Shown: positions 21,165-31,911, counted from the whole stretch's first letter. The stretch is DNA of 63,330 nucleotides, filler included, from an uncultured Planctomycetaceae bacterium (GCA_963976765.1; 3 parts of 3 records of this genome joined end to end with filler, not necessarily neighbours in it); one strand, 5' to 3'. Notes: generated by a model not told the origin, from the sequence alone. Numbers and translations are program-made.

Positions 21165-21533
21165 ATGTCACACATCGTCACGATTCGAACTGAAGTGAGG
21201 GACGCCGAGGCGCTTTGTCTTGGTTGCGACCGTTTGGGGCTGGAGCGTCCGGTTCATCGGACGGCAAAGCTGTTTACTGATGAGGCGACTGGGTACTGCG
21301 TGGAGTTGCCGGACTGGCGGTATCCGGTTGTCTGCGACGTCGAGTCCGGCCGCGTCCATTACGACAACTTTGAGGGGAGGTGGGGGAATCAGTCGCGGTT
21401 GGATGCACTTCTCCAGATGTATGCGGTTGAGAAAACCCGTCTCGAAGCAAGGCGGCGAGGGCACACTGTTTTGGAGCAGGCCCTCGCGGATGGAGCGATC
21501 AAACTTACAGTTCAGGTCGGAGGTGCAGCGTGA
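21165..21533 (+). CDS. DUF1257 (Ycf35-like) protein
   Basis: MSHIVTIRTEVRD...YDNFEGRWG...LQMYAVEK pattern. Confidence 0.8.
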   Translation: MSHIVTIRTEVRDAEALCLGCDRLGLERPVHRTAKLFTDEATGYCVELPDWRYPVVCDVESGRVHYDNFEGRWGNQSRLDALLQMYAVEKTRLEARRRGHTVLEQALADGAIKLTVQVGGAA

Positions 21534-21760
21534 AGCAAGAAACAATGAGGACGATCGAAGTTGTTGTCCGGTCGGATGGCCAGTCATCGGTCGAGACAAA
21601 AGGGTTCGTCGGAGCGAAGTGTCTGGAGGCGAGTCGGTTTCTTGAAGAGGCTCTTGGTTCTTCGCGCGGCGACAAGCGAACAGTCGAGTTTTACTCAGCG
21701 GCGGTTTCCACAGGCGTTGAGGTGTCGAATCGTTCTTCAGACGGAAAGGAGAGCATGTGA
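21530..21760 (+). CDS. DUF2997 protein
   Basis: IEVVVRSDG..VETKGFVGAKCLEASRFLEEALG...EFY pattern. Confidence 0.8.
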   Translation: MKQETMRTIEVVVRSDGQSSVETKGFVGAKCLEASRFLEEALGSSRGDKRTVEFYSAAVSTGVEVSNRSSDGKESM

Positions 21761-22461
21761 GAGCCGGAATGATCCGACGCGGAGTCCCGTCCGGAATACG
21801 TGCTGCCGCACCTCGTCGGAAGAAATCGATCGACACGGATGAGCGCTTGACGCTGGTTCTCGTTGAGGGAATCTATGATGTGGAGTTTCTGTGTCGAATC
21901 TCGACCGTTCTGCGTCACGTTGATAGCGCAATTCCGGACCTGAGAATGCTTGAGGAAACGGGGCGGCTGATCTTCGTTCCGTTTGGTGGCGGTGATCCTG
22001 GATTTTGGGCAGCACGATTCGCCCCGCTCGGTTTGTCCGAGATTCATATCTATGACCGGGAGACGGTGGCTGACTCAGTGCTGCGATTCTCTGCCGCAGC
22101 GATTGTAAATCGACGATCGAATGCTCGGGCATTTGTCATGTCGAAGCGAAGCATCGAGAGCTATCTCCATCCCGATGCCATCGAGGCCGCATTTCGGGTT
22201 CGTGTTACGTGCTCGGACGACGGCAGCATTGTTGATGAGATCGCTGATGCAGTGCTCAATCGGACATGCCCGCATCTTGATCGCAGCCAACTGTCACGAC
22301 GCGGACGCCGCCGATTGAAGCTGCAGATCAAACGGAAACTTAACCACGACGTCGTTTCGAACATGACTCCCGCATTGCTCGATGAGAGCGACCCTCGCGG
22401 TGAAGTCCGTTCGTGGTTGAACGCGATCGCTGAAGCGGTCGCGTGCGACTTCAGTTGCTGA
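21757..22461 (+). CDS. stand-alone OLD-family TOPRIM-like protein
   Basis: LVEGIYDVEFL, VPFGGG, IYDRE and RSIESYL motifs. Confidence 0.6.
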   Translation: MRAGMIRRGVPSGIRAAAPRRKKSIDTDERLTLVLVEGIYDVEFLCRISTVLRHVDSAIPDLRMLEETGRLIFVPFGGGDPGFWAARFAPLGLSEIHIYDRETVADSVLRFSAAAIVNRRSNARAFVMSKRSIESYLHPDAIEAAFRVRVTCSDDGSIVDEIADAVLNRTCPHLDRSQLSRRGRRRLKLQIKRKLNHDVVSNMTPALLDESDPRGEVRSWLNAIAEAVACDFSC

Positions 22462-22493
22462 TTCTCTTTTTTCTCCCACCACCTGGAGAGCCT

Positions 22494-22959
22494 ATGCTTG
22501 TTGAACAGCTTGCGGAGTACGTACGCGCGTGCTTTGCGGGAATCTGGATTGAAACTTTTGAGCCTGATGAAGCGCTGCGGGAGATTGCGGAACTGTGTCA
22601 GCAACAGGACTGGTCGCTGGCGACGTGGGATGTGGAACGTGGCCTGCATGTTGCCGGAGGTGGAGATGCTACTGACGCAGTGACGACGACGGACCCGGTG
22701 GCGGCGATTCAGTCCGTGAATGCTTTATCGAGTGACGATGGTGCTGGAATTCTGGTGCTGCAGAACTTTCATCGGCTGCTTGGGTCGCTGGAAGTTATTC
22801 AGGCAATGTCTCGGCAGATCGGAGTCGGAAAACAGAACCGGACATTCCTCGTCGTGCTGGCTCCGGCGGTACAGATTCCCATTGAACTGGAAAAGCAGTT
22901 CGTCGTCATCCAGCACGAGCTGCCGGATCGTGAGCAGATGCAGACGATTGCTGAGGAAA
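22494..22959 (+). CDS. AAA ATPase (Ycf46-like), N-terminal part; truncated by the contig end
   Basis: YVRAC..GIWIETFEPDEA, LVLQNFH, IPIELEK...HELP; typical partner of DUF1257 and DUF2997. Confidence 0.75.
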
Positions 22960-23059
22960 NNNNNNNNNNNNNNNNNNNNNNNNNNNNNNNNNNNNNNNNN
23001 NNNTTAATTAATTAANNNNNNNNNNNNNNNNNNNNNNNNNNNNNNNNNNNNNNNNNNNN
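22960..23059. other. artificial contig linker
   Basis: N-run containing TTAATTAATTAA, 100 nt. Confidence 0.98.
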
Positions 23060-23114
23060 ACCACTCACAAAACACTCGTCGGATAAATACAGCCCCGACT
23101 TACCGGATGAGCCG
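23060..23114. mobile_element. terminus of a collapsed multicopy repeat (ISL3-like end)
   Basis: 55 nt identical to the reverse complement of 63276-63330; outer end reads GGCTCATCC. Confidence 0.5.
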
Positions 23115-24602
23115 AAAATCGCAACTCTGCGCGTCGGTGTTATTGACGCCGCAGGAAAGCAAATTCAGTGGCTGCCCATTGATGCTCCAAGTGAAGGATT
23201 CTATCTCGGCCAGGTCGACTGGGCGGGAAATTCGAATGAGCTGCTTGTCGAAAAATTCAGCCGCTTCAGAGATTACCGCGAGTTTCTGCTTGCCAGTATC
23301 GACACCGGTGACATGCGGCAGATCTATCACGAAACCAACGAGGCGTGGGCCGTCGGCAGTCAGGGAAAGAACTCCGGGTTGAACTGGATTCGCGACGGCA
23401 AGGTTTTCGTCGTCGTCAGTGAGAAAGATGGTTGGAGACACGCATTTCTCTATTCACGCGAAGGCAAAGAACTGGCCGTCCTGACGCCAGGCAAGTACGA
23501 CGTCATTGACCGTTGCGCCGTCGATGAAATTGGTGGCTGGTTTTACTTCTACGCCTCGCCGGACAACGGGACGCAGAAACACCTTCATCGAGTCCCGCTC
23601 GACGGAACGGGGACACTCGAACGCATCACTCCCGCAGACCAGCCTGGCACGCACGATTACGATTTTTCTCCGGATGCCAGATGGGCGTTTCATACCTGGT
23701 CGACTCTGGACAAGCCACCGATTGTTGAGCTTGTCGAACTGCCAACGCACCGCGTTGTCCGGACGCTCGAAGACAGCAGCGAAATCCACGCGAAGATGAA
23801 GGACGTGATCTCGCACCCCACTGAGTTTCTTCAGATCGACATTGGCGATGGTGTGTCTATGGATGCATGGATGATCAAGCCAAAGGACTTTGACGAGTCG
23901 AAGAAGTATCCGGTTTTTATTTACGTTTACGGTGAACCTTATGCCCAGACTGTACTCGATCAGTGGGGCGCGGCTCAGATCGACTTTCATCGCGTCGTTG
24001 CGGACCTCGGATATCTGGTTGTGTCAATCGATAATCGCGGTACACCCGCTCCGAAGGGAGCTGCCTGGCGACGATCGATCTTCGGAAGTCTCGGTCCGCT
24101 TTCTACGGAAGATCAGGCAGCGGCGATCAAAGAGCTGGGGCGAATGCGATCGTACGTGGATCTTTCGCGAGTAGGAATCTGGGGCTGGAGTGGCGGTGGT
24201 TCGAACACGCTCAATGCCCTGTTCCGAAAGCCGGGGCAGTATCATGTGGGAATTGCTGTTGTCCCCAAACCTCAACCACATCTCTACAACGCGTGGTTCC
24301 AGGAAATCTACATGCGGACCCGTGAAGTGAATGGGGAAGGGTATGAACGGTCTGCCCCAATCAACTTCGCGTCTGGATTAAAAGGTGATCTGTTGATTAT
24401 CACGGGGTCCGGCGAAACCAACACTCACATTCAGATCATCGAAGGGCTGGTCGACCGGCTGATCGAACTCGGAAAACCGTTCGACTACATGGTCTACCCC
24501 AACCGGGATCACGGTCTCCGGGAAGGAAACGGGACGGTGGTGCATGTGAGAATGCGCATCATTCGATACCTGATAGATCACCTCCCCTGCGGCCCTCGTT
24601 AA
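23115..24602 (+). CDS. S9 family dipeptidyl-peptidase IV-like peptidase, 5'-truncated
   Basis: Frame open from KIATLRVGV; GWSGGG nucleophile motif, DNRGT, YPNRDH. Confidence 0.9.
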   Translation, partial: KIATLRVGVIDAAGKQIQWLPIDAPSEGFYLGQVDWAGNSNELLVEKFSRFRDYREFLLASIDTGDMRQIYHETNEAWAVGSQGKNSGLNWIRDGKVFVVVSEKDGWRHAFLYSREGKELAVLTPGKYDVIDRCAVDEIGGWFYFYASPDNGTQKHLHRVPLDGTGTLERITPADQPGTHDYDFSPDARWAFHTWSTLDKPPIVELVELPTHRVVRTLEDSSEIHAKMKDVISHPTEFLQIDIGDGVSMDAWMIKPKDFDESKKYPVFIYVYGEPYAQTVLDQWGAAQIDFHRVVADLGYLVVSIDNRGTPAPKGAAWRRSIFGSLGPLSTEDQAAAIKELGRMRSYVDLSRVGIWGWSGGGSNTLNALFRKPGQYHVGIAVVPKPQPHLYNAWFQEIYMRTREVNGEGYERSAPINFASGLKGDLLIITGSGETNTHIQIIEGLVDRLIELGKPFDYMVYPNRDHGLREGNGTVVHVRMRIIRYLIDHLPCGPR

Positions 24603-24798
24603 CCGGAGTGCTTAATTGAAATTCCCAGCAGGCAGTAACTCTTCCTGTCGAACACGGTCCCGCGAAACGCGGCGTCATTTCAATTCGTACCACTGGGGGC
24701 GATGGCAGAACGTTGGCATTGAAAAATTACAATCGACAGAAATCTTCAGCCGCCACCAGGTAAATGAATAACGAATGCCGACGCAGTTCGTAAAAGGA

Positions 24799-26403
24799 TC
24801 ATCGTGTGGGAAGGTCGAAGACTCTTCGTACGATTCCTTCATGGCGATTCAGTGGTCGCGAGAGTCGTATTGATAAGCCTGACCCACTCGGAGTGCGGTA
24901 GACCCAGTATTCGAGAACTTCTCGCGAGGTCAGTACGCGGCTGATCGAATCCGGCTTGCCGAGTGACTTCCGGACGTGGGCTGAGGTCATGCCGCGAATC
25001 ACTCGTCCATTTTGAATTGCGATTTCGATCGGTGACTTTTCGCCAGTCGTGATATCACTCTTACGCCGCCAGCGACCTTCGACGCGAGTGTACCCGTACG
25101 CTTCCAGCCGTTCGGCCACGTATCCGGATCCAGGCTTCACGCGGTCGGATTCCAGGAGAAGCTGCACGGCGGTCTCTCCGTCATCAAACAGATCTTCGTA
25201 TTCAAACGCGAGTTCGATCAGACCAACGGCCCCCTGACCTCGCAATTTGGATTCCACCGGTGTAAACCATTCTCGAATGACCTTGTCGGCTCGCGCTTCA
25301 TCCCCGGCCTCAATCAACTGCTTCCTCAAATTCACAGCATCTTCGCGCGACAGTTCTTTGACATGCGAAGTCTTCCAGTCAAGAGCTTTCTGCCGATAGG
25401 ACTCCGCCAGCCTGGTGAATTCGGGAATCTGTTCGGCAATTCGCGCGGCAATTTCTTCGCCGTCGCGACCGTCGATCTCCGCAGCCTTTTCGATACTCTC
25501 CAGCATCACCTGCTGATAAAGGAGCCGATGCAGTTGCGGACGCAGCGATTCGGCAGCTTCCTGGTAAAAGAGAATCGGCCCTTCTCGCCATTTGCTGACA
25601 AAGTCTGCGTCAAATTCATCGACCGGTTTGTCAGCGTCGGGCAGCTCCTTCGCAATCCGAAGGGCAATCGACTCAAACTCACCTGACGACGCTCTGGCAC
25701 TTGTATCATGCCACGTCTGGTAGTGAGCTTCGTAAAGCAGCGGCAGTTTGAACTCATCGCCCAGACCGTACTTTTCGGACTTGAATGCGAGATTGCGAAG
25801 CGATTTGTAATTCGGATTGGTCATCACGGTTCGCTCTTTACGTAAAGCCATCCGGTAAATCGACTTCGCTTCTTCGGCGAGTTGCCGGTCGTTTTCGCGA
25901 CCGCTCTGGTAAAAACGGACACGCTCCATCGCCCAGTCACCGAGTTCGTACCACGGCTTGGGGTCGTCGCGAGGAAGCTCCACACGCAGACGATTGACTC
26001 GCTGAATGTCGGATTCCGTCTTCTTCAGACTGAGCAGTTCGAATTCCAGAATTCCGGTCTCGTGTTTGCGAAGACGCCCGACAACTTCTACGGCAAGGTT
26101 CGGACCCGACAAATCGGGAAGCTCTTCGTCTGACACAAACAGCAATGGCAATTTATGTAGTTTAAGAACGGTGCCCGCTCCGGTCGCTACTCGCCCTTCG
26201 ATGCGGAAAGTTGTGCCGACCAGTTTCGACCAACGAGGTCTGGTCTTCAGAAACTCTTCGACCGACTGGCCGGTCGCCGAACACGACTGCGGTAGAACGC
26301 CGAACGCGATGGCGACGAGCATGGCACACGTTTTCGCGAACTGTCGCCAGGAATTCGATTTACTGGGCCAGCTACTCATCGTTAGTCCCCGTCTGTTCGT
26401 CAT
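24799..26403 (-). CDS. secreted hypothetical protein with a C-terminal SmpA/OmlA-like motif
   Basis: Signal-like N-terminus; GMTSAHVRKSLGKPD...EYWVY. Confidence 0.65.
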   Translation of the reverse strand: MTNRRGLTMSSWPSKSNSWRQFAKTCAMLVAIAFGVLPQSCSATGQSVEEFLKTRPRWSKLVGTTFRIEGRVATGAGTVLKLHKLPLLFVSDEELPDLSGPNLAVEVVGRLRKHETGILEFELLSLKKTESDIQRVNRLRVELPRDDPKPWYELGDWAMERVRFYQSGRENDRQLAEEAKSIYRMALRKERTVMTNPNYKSLRNLAFKSEKYGLGDEFKLPLLYEAHYQTWHDTSARASSGEFESIALRIAKELPDADKPVDEFDADFVSKWREGPILFYQEAAESLRPQLHRLLYQQVMLESIEKAAEIDGRDGEEIAARIAEQIPEFTRLAESYRQKALDWKTSHVKELSREDAVNLRKQLIEAGDEARADKVIREWFTPVESKLRGQGAVGLIELAFEYEDLFDDGETAVQLLLESDRVKPGSGYVAERLEAYGYTRVEGRWRRKSDITTGEKSPIEIAIQNGRVIRGMTSAHVRKSLGKPDSISRVLTSREVLEYWVYRTPSGSGLSIRLSRPLNRHEGIVRRVFDLPTR

Positions 26404-27766
26404 CTGAAACTTCCGGTGACTTTTTCTGCGAAGCCTGCGCGGCGATCACTGCCGCCTGTTCCGCTTCGGATAACATCGGCAGGACAAGCGGTTGTGCTGA
26501 GTCGCACAGAATAACGCGGGTCGAATCGAATTCGACAAGCCAGGCGGATTCGTTCATTGGATCGCGTCCGCACGACTTGAGCGGCCCGGCGAACCACAAG
26601 TCGCCTCCAGACTGTTTCTTTAGAACATCGCCAACGCCGACCAGGTGGATCATCGGTGCCGCTGGAAAAACAACTCGCGTTCCGAATTCATCGTCGCTGG
26701 CAACAGTCTGGACCTGATTCAGTTGAATGCAGAGCCATCGGTCGAAGTATTGCGCATGAAACTGCCGCACCCAGACCTTGTCGTCAATGTTGCCGTTCTC
26801 GTCGGGTTTCGGAAGCATTTCTTCCGCGAGCATCGCAATTTCAACGACGTCCGTGTCGTCAAGCAGGCCGAATCCGGCTTCCGCCTGAAGCCACAGCTGG
26901 CGGGATTCTGACAGGGCTTGTTCCTCGACGCCGAGCAGTTCCATGGCCCGAAACGCTTCGCCCAGTTTCAGTCTCGCAGTCACGAAGTCTCGTTTTCGCA
27001 AAGCCTCTTCGCCAAGGTCACGACCCTCACGCATCGCGATTTCGGCCCGGTCGCGATTCACGCCTCGAATCGCAAAAGCAATCATCGCTCCGACTGAAAC
27101 AAAAATCAGAGCACAGACGGCAATAAGTCGCAAACGCTGTCCGCTGCGTTCGTCACTGGCAGACGGAAGTTCGATTCGTTGTGCGGAATTTTTCTCTCGT
27201 GGAGTCGATGAGGCCGGTTGTTCAGTAGACTTCGATTTACTACTCGATCGTGACTCCCGTTTCTTCTTCTTCGCCCGCGGAAGCTGAGTCGGCAACTCGA
27301 TCTCGGCGTCCGAATCTGCGAGTTCGTAGTCGTCGCCTTCTTCGTCCAGCTCATCGTCGAGATCCGGTTCAGCAGGCTGAGTTGACCAGGCCGCTTCAAC
27401 GAGATCGAGTTCCGGCTCGGTATTTTGATGATCCGTGTCGATGAACAGGTCGTCGGCATCGTCAGAGAGTTCAGCCTCTTCCAGAAGATCAATCTGTGTC
27501 GACGGTGGTTTCTTCGGCGGTTTCGGAGTTTGAGCCGTACTCACACCGAGATCGTCTGTCGAAAAGTAAGTCCGTTCGGACGTCGGATACCGGTTGACGG
27601 GCAGGATGAAATGGCCAGCGCCACATTTTGAGCAGATCACTCGCTTCGCGCGTTCCTGCCGAATTCCATTTGTCTGGCCGCCGCACTGGCACGTGACCGA
27701 AAACGGCACCGACTCGATCGGTTCCGCCTCGTTCTTCCCCAGCGCTTTGTCCAGCCAGTTCGCCAT
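26372..27766 (-). CDS. zinc-ribbon, acidic-linker, single-TM hypothetical protein
   Basis: CQCG...CSKCG, D/E-rich linker, TM helix. Confidence 0.7.
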   Translation of the reverse strand: MANWLDKALGKNEAEPIESVPFSVTCQCGGQTNGIRQERAKRVICSKCGAGHFILPVNRYPTSERTYFSTDDLGVSTAQTPKPPKKPPSTQIDLLEEAELSDDADDLFIDTDHQNTEPELDLVEAAWSTQPAEPDLDDELDEEGDDYELADSDAEIELPTQLPRAKKKKRESRSSSKSKSTEQPASSTPREKNSAQRIELPSASDERSGQRLRLIAVCALIFVSVGAMIAFAIRGVNRDRAEIAMREGRDLGEEALRKRDFVTARLKLGEAFRAMELLGVEEQALSESRQLWLQAEAGFGLLDDTDVVEIAMLAEEMLPKPDENGNIDDKVWVRQFHAQYFDRWLCIQLNQVQTVASDDEFGTRVVFPAAPMIHLVGVGDVLKKQSGGDLWFAGPLKSCGRDPMNESAWLVEFDSTRVILCDSAQPLVLPMLSEAEQAAVIAAQASQKKSPEVSDDEQTGTNDE

Positions 27767-27894
27767 TGTTTACGTCTTCGTTGATGCGGCAGAAGTCTTC
27801 GATGCATCGAACATACCAGCATGTCTGAATCGGCACCAGAAGTCGGGCGGGAAGTTCAACGGCCAGACATACAAAACGCGATCGGCTACTGTCT

Positions 27895-30180
27895 TTAAAC
27901 AAGTCCTTGTCGTTTTCTGACAAACCATTCGGCACTCATTACCAGCACGAACGCTCCCAGATACCACCAGTTATCCCACAGCGTGACGCGAGTAATCTGC
28001 GTCAGCGAAAGATTTGGCGGCCCGGCGGTGATGAGTTGATCAAGGAACTCGTCGAACTCTTCAGCCGGGATCACTCGTCCGCCTGTCTGTTGCGCGAGTC
28101 CTTGCAGCAGTGCTGGATCGGCAGCGGGGTTATCGAGTTCCGGGTCGCTGGAATCGACGAGAAACCTGGTCGTCGCGTCACCGCCAACGTCGATTCCATC
28201 CTTCGTCGCCGAAACGACAACGCGATAGATCCCCGGCTCCGTGGCTCCTTTGAACTCGCCGAACGATCGGTCTTTCCCCGACAACCCGGCGACAGAAGAT
28301 TCCTTTCCGGTCGGGTCAATCACCTTTGCCTGAAAGTCGACATTCGGCAGCGGGTTCCCGAGTTCGTCGCGTGCTCCGAATTCGATCGGAATCGTCGAGC
28401 CCTGGTTGAAGTTTCGAGGTGACACTCGTACCCAGACGGGCTGGTCGGAATCGAATTCTTTGCGGGCCAGCCACAGAATCACCTGCCGCCAGAACCGCTG
28501 ATGCTCCTCTCGGAAATCGTACATCCACCATCGCCAGGTTGAATGTCCGGCGAAGGCGAGTGATCTCGACCGGCCAGTCTCCAGCGAAAACAACAGCGGC
28601 ACGTCATCGGTGCTTCTGGCCAGAACTTCAACCAGCGCATTCTTCTTGCGAAGTTTGTTGGCGCCGAGCAATGGCGGCAGCCGCTTCCACGCTGCAATCG
28701 AGTCGCCATTTGTCAGACGCATGACGAAGTGCCGCAGCCCGCTTTCAGTAGGCACCATCTGCAGATCGCGTTCGTAGTGCAGATCGGAAGCGATGGCTCC
28801 GTCACCCTGCAATTCACGAGGGTCCAGAACGACGGGCAACAGCGGTTCCAGAGGCGTGCCGGCATAACCTCCCAGGCTGAAGCTGTAAAAGCCGCCGGTC
28901 ATTAGAAAGCCGGCGCCTTCGTCGACTCGGGCAGCCAGCAGGCGCAGGTCATTCTCGCTGAACACCTTTGCCGGCACATCGCCGATGACGTAGACGTCGT
29001 AGCGGCCTGGCTCGAAGTCACGAGGGTCGATCTTCGTTCGATTGGCAAACTCGCCGGTTCGAACCCATTGAAAGTCGAGCTGAATCTTCGCCGCCGAATT
29101 CACTTCGGGCAGAAAGACGATCTCGTCGCGAGTTGTGTCGTAATACTTGACCGAAAGGCCGCCCTTCTGAACGGTGATCAGCGTTTCTTTCTGGTTGTTA
29201 ACCGTGCGAAGTTCGCCCGACAGCGGAGTCACTCGGACGGCCACACGGAATTCGCCAGGCAGCTCGGGAACAAACGACAGCGATACCGGAATTGTTTGCG
29301 ATGACTTTGTGGCCGTCACTTCAATCGAAGGTCTCGCTCCAGGCACGGCAGGAGCAACGACCATGTTGCCATGCTCCATCGAGCTTCGACCGGTTCGGTC
29401 TTCGATCAGCAACTGCACGGAAAACCGTCGACCTTCCGCGCCCGAGACTTTGATCCGGGCATCAACCGGTACGGAGTTTCGCACGAAAACCAGGTCGTCG
29501 ACGGCGACATCGTCAACGGCGATGTCGAGACCGGATTCTGCAACGTCGGACTCACCAAACGGAACCGGAAAGACCGGAACCTGGATGTCCTGGAACTTTC
29601 GTGCCGCCGTCTGAGGAGCAATATCAAACGGCGCGACCGCTCGCTGCGCACCATCGGTCATCAGGACGATGCCGATGACCTGTTTGCCGGTTTGCGTTTC
29701 TTTCAGAAGTTCGTCCAGCGAGAACCCGATCGCCGTCCACTCGCCGTCCGGTTCGACAGCCGACTCATCCAGTTCACCGGGACGAAGTTGAGTGTCGAAA
29801 TCAAAATACTGGATCTCCAGAGTCTCGCCGAGTTCTTCTAACTGGCTTTTGCTGCCCGCCAGCGTGCTGGCCAGTGTTTCGCGACGAGACTTTCCGCCCG
29901 GACCGTCAGGTGTTGTCATGCTTCGACTTTTGTCGCGCAGCACGTACAGCACGGCGTCCCGCGTGTCTGTTTCCGAATACTGAATCTCGGGACGCAGCAT
30001 CGCAAAGATCAACAGGACGGCAGCAACAAGCCGCAGGCCGATCAGCATTCGCCGCGTCGTGATCGGAAGATGTTTCACTCGCGGCGGGTAGGTCAGCAGA
30101 ACCAGCGTTACCAGCCCGATCGCGATTAACACGACGACAGGCCAGCTCCAGGCAGGTTCTACGACAAAGCGAGTGGACAC
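27895..30180 (-). CDS. membrane protein with vWA-like and glutamine-amidotransferase-like (DUF1355) domains
   Basis: N-terminal TMs, DKSRSM and LMTDG (MIDAS-like), GAGFLMTGG..SF..GGY..TPLE.LLPV, C-terminal EWFVRKR; start GTG 30180. Confidence 0.8.
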   Translation of the reverse strand: MSTRFVVEPAWSWPVVVLIAIGLVTLVLLTYPPRVKHLPITTRRMLIGLRLVAAVLLIFAMLRPEIQYSETDTRDAVLYVLRDKSRSMTTPDGPGGKSRRETLASTLAGSKSQLEELGETLEIQYFDFDTQLRPGELDESAVEPDGEWTAIGFSLDELLKETQTGKQVIGIVLMTDGAQRAVAPFDIAPQTAARKFQDIQVPVFPVPFGESDVAESGLDIAVDDVAVDDLVFVRNSVPVDARIKVSGAEGRRFSVQLLIEDRTGRSSMEHGNMVVAPAVPGARPSIEVTATKSSQTIPVSLSFVPELPGEFRVAVRVTPLSGELRTVNNQKETLITVQKGGLSVKYYDTTRDEIVFLPEVNSAAKIQLDFQWVRTGEFANRTKIDPRDFEPGRYDVYVIGDVPAKVFSENDLRLLAARVDEGAGFLMTGGFYSFSLGGYAGTPLEPLLPVVLDPRELQGDGAIASDLHYERDLQMVPTESGLRHFVMRLTNGDSIAAWKRLPPLLGANKLRKKNALVEVLARSTDDVPLLFSLETGRSRSLAFAGHSTWRWWMYDFREEHQRFWRQVILWLARKEFDSDQPVWVRVSPRNFNQGSTIPIEFGARDELGNPLPNVDFQAKVIDPTGKESSVAGLSGKDRSFGEFKGATEPGIYRVVVSATKDGIDVGGDATTRFLVDSSDPELDNPAADPALLQGLAQQTGGRVIPAEEFDEFLDQLITAGPPNLSLTQITRVTLWDNWWYLGAFVLVMSAEWFVRKRQGLV

Positions 30181-30529
30181 AGTGATTCCGCGGTGAGAGA
30201 ACAGAATGTGGTGCGAGCAGGAAAGGAAACAAGACGGCGTCGCGGGATTCTGGTTGGGCACGTTGCTGCCCGCAAGACCGCCGCCGTCGCGAGGGAGATC
30301 ACCCCTCGAATCCTGTCGAAATTATTAAATCGCCGAGTTCGCTGAGGAGAAAAGGCAGAGAACGGTAAGAAATTGATCAGTCGGCTTTGCGACCACTGTG
30401 ATTTTCTCCTCGGTGTCCTCAGCGATTAACAGGATGAATAAGAAGACTTGGTCCGACTTGAAAACTCGCTCGCGTTGCACTTCCGCACCGACCAGAATTC
30501 GGCGAACAATCAAACGCAGGACGCCCTTC

Positions 30530-31876
30530 ATGCACCACCCATTCAGCGACATTCCGGAAATCGCCAGCCTCGACGCCAGCCGGGGAATTATCCGTATTCC
30601 GAACGAGCAGGATGTTCCCTTCACGCCGCGTGTCCGGGCGATCGTCGACACGGCTGAGTTTCAGCGTCTTCGGCACATTTCGCAACTTGGCCTGGCGACT
30701 CAGATTTACCCCGGAGCTAACCATACGAGATTTGAGCACGCGCTCGGCGTTTTCAACAATGCGATCCGTTACGTCTGGCAGCTCGGACGCGACACTCGTT
30801 TCTGCGAGATCATCGATCATCATCGCGCCGAAGTCCTGCTGGTTTCTGCGTTGCTGCACGATCTGGGGCACTGGCCGTTCTGCCATCCCATCGAAGACCT
30901 GTCCCTGCCGGAGCTGCCGCCTCACGAAGCCTACGCCGCCGAGTACCTGCGTCCCGAACGCGAACTCGCGCAGGTTCTTAGATCGGAATGGAACATCGAG
31001 CCGGAAGAAGTGCTCGACGTCCTCGTCGCGAAAACGGATTCACGAGAGCTGCGACTCTTACGGTCCATCCTGTCCGGCCCGATCGACATCGACAAGATGG
31101 ATTATCTCGAACGGGACAGTCTGCACTGTGGAGTTCCTTACGGTCGCCATTTCGACAAGAGTCGCCTCATTCAGTCACTCGTTCTGAACAAAGCCGGCGA
31201 CGGGCTGGCCATCACTCAGAAGGGTAAGACCGCTGCCGAGCTGATGGTTTTCGCCCGGTACGTGATGTTCAGCGAAGTCTACTGGCACCACGCCGTCCGT
31301 TCGGCAACGTGCATGTTTGCAAGAGCGTTCTTCGAACTGCACCGCCACTTTGATCTGACAACTCTGTTCGAAACGTCTGAAACGGAAACCGTGCGTCTGC
31401 TCCGCAACAAGGCAACAGGCACTGACTGTGCTCAACTGGTCGAAGGGGTCTTTGGCCCAAAGAGACGTCTCTACAAACGCGCGGGCGAGTATTCGCATTA
31501 TCAGCGGACGGAACTTTACGAATTGCTCGCCGGCAAGCCGTACGAATTTCTGGTCCGTTGTGGACGCAACCTGATCGAGGAACTCAACCGCCGGCGGGTG
31601 GTTGCGCGAGAACTTTCGCCCGTCGACATCCTGATCGACGCTCCGCCGCCGCATCGTGAAGTCGAGTTCAAAGTCCCGATTTACTTCGCGAAGGAGGACA
31701 GGTACCGCCTGCTGAGCGACGTCTCACCGGTCATCGAGTCTCTGGCAAAGAAACAGTTTGACGATTACGTCAAACGGGTCCGCATCTTCGCCAGCCCGGA
31801 CATCCGCCATCAGCTTCAGGATTCTGCGGAGTTCGAATCTGCGATCCGCGCCGCCGTCGAAACAACAACTCCGTGA
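30530..31876 (+). CDS. HD-domain phosphohydrolase (SAMHD1/dNTPase-like)
   Basis: FQRLRHISQLG, HTRFEHALG, LLHDLGH.PF.H, DIDKMDYL.RD, VYWHH. Confidence 0.92.
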   Translation: MHHPFSDIPEIASLDASRGIIRIPNEQDVPFTPRVRAIVDTAEFQRLRHISQLGLATQIYPGANHTRFEHALGVFNNAIRYVWQLGRDTRFCEIIDHHRAEVLLVSALLHDLGHWPFCHPIEDLSLPELPPHEAYAAEYLRPERELAQVLRSEWNIEPEEVLDVLVAKTDSRELRLLRSILSGPIDIDKMDYLERDSLHCGVPYGRHFDKSRLIQSLVLNKAGDGLAITQKGKTAAELMVFARYVMFSEVYWHHAVRSATCMFARAFFELHRHFDLTTLFETSETETVRLLRNKATGTDCAQLVEGVFGPKRRLYKRAGEYSHYQRTELYELLAGKPYEFLVRCGRNLIEELNRRRVVARELSPVDILIDAPPPHREVEFKVPIYFAKEDRYRLLSDVSPVIESLAKKQFDDYVKRVRIFASPDIRHQLQDSAEFESAIRAAVETTTP

Positions 31877-31911
31877 AAGACCGGTTCCGCAAATCGAGGT
31901 CTTCGGAATGT

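Noticed and set aside
23004..23015. TTAATTAATTAA palindrome within the N-run (also in the second gap)
   Set aside because: Synthetic all-frame-stop linker, not biological.
23100..23114. GAGCCG as a possible group II intron domain V
   Set aside because: The following sequence cannot form domain V or VI, and there is no RT ORF.
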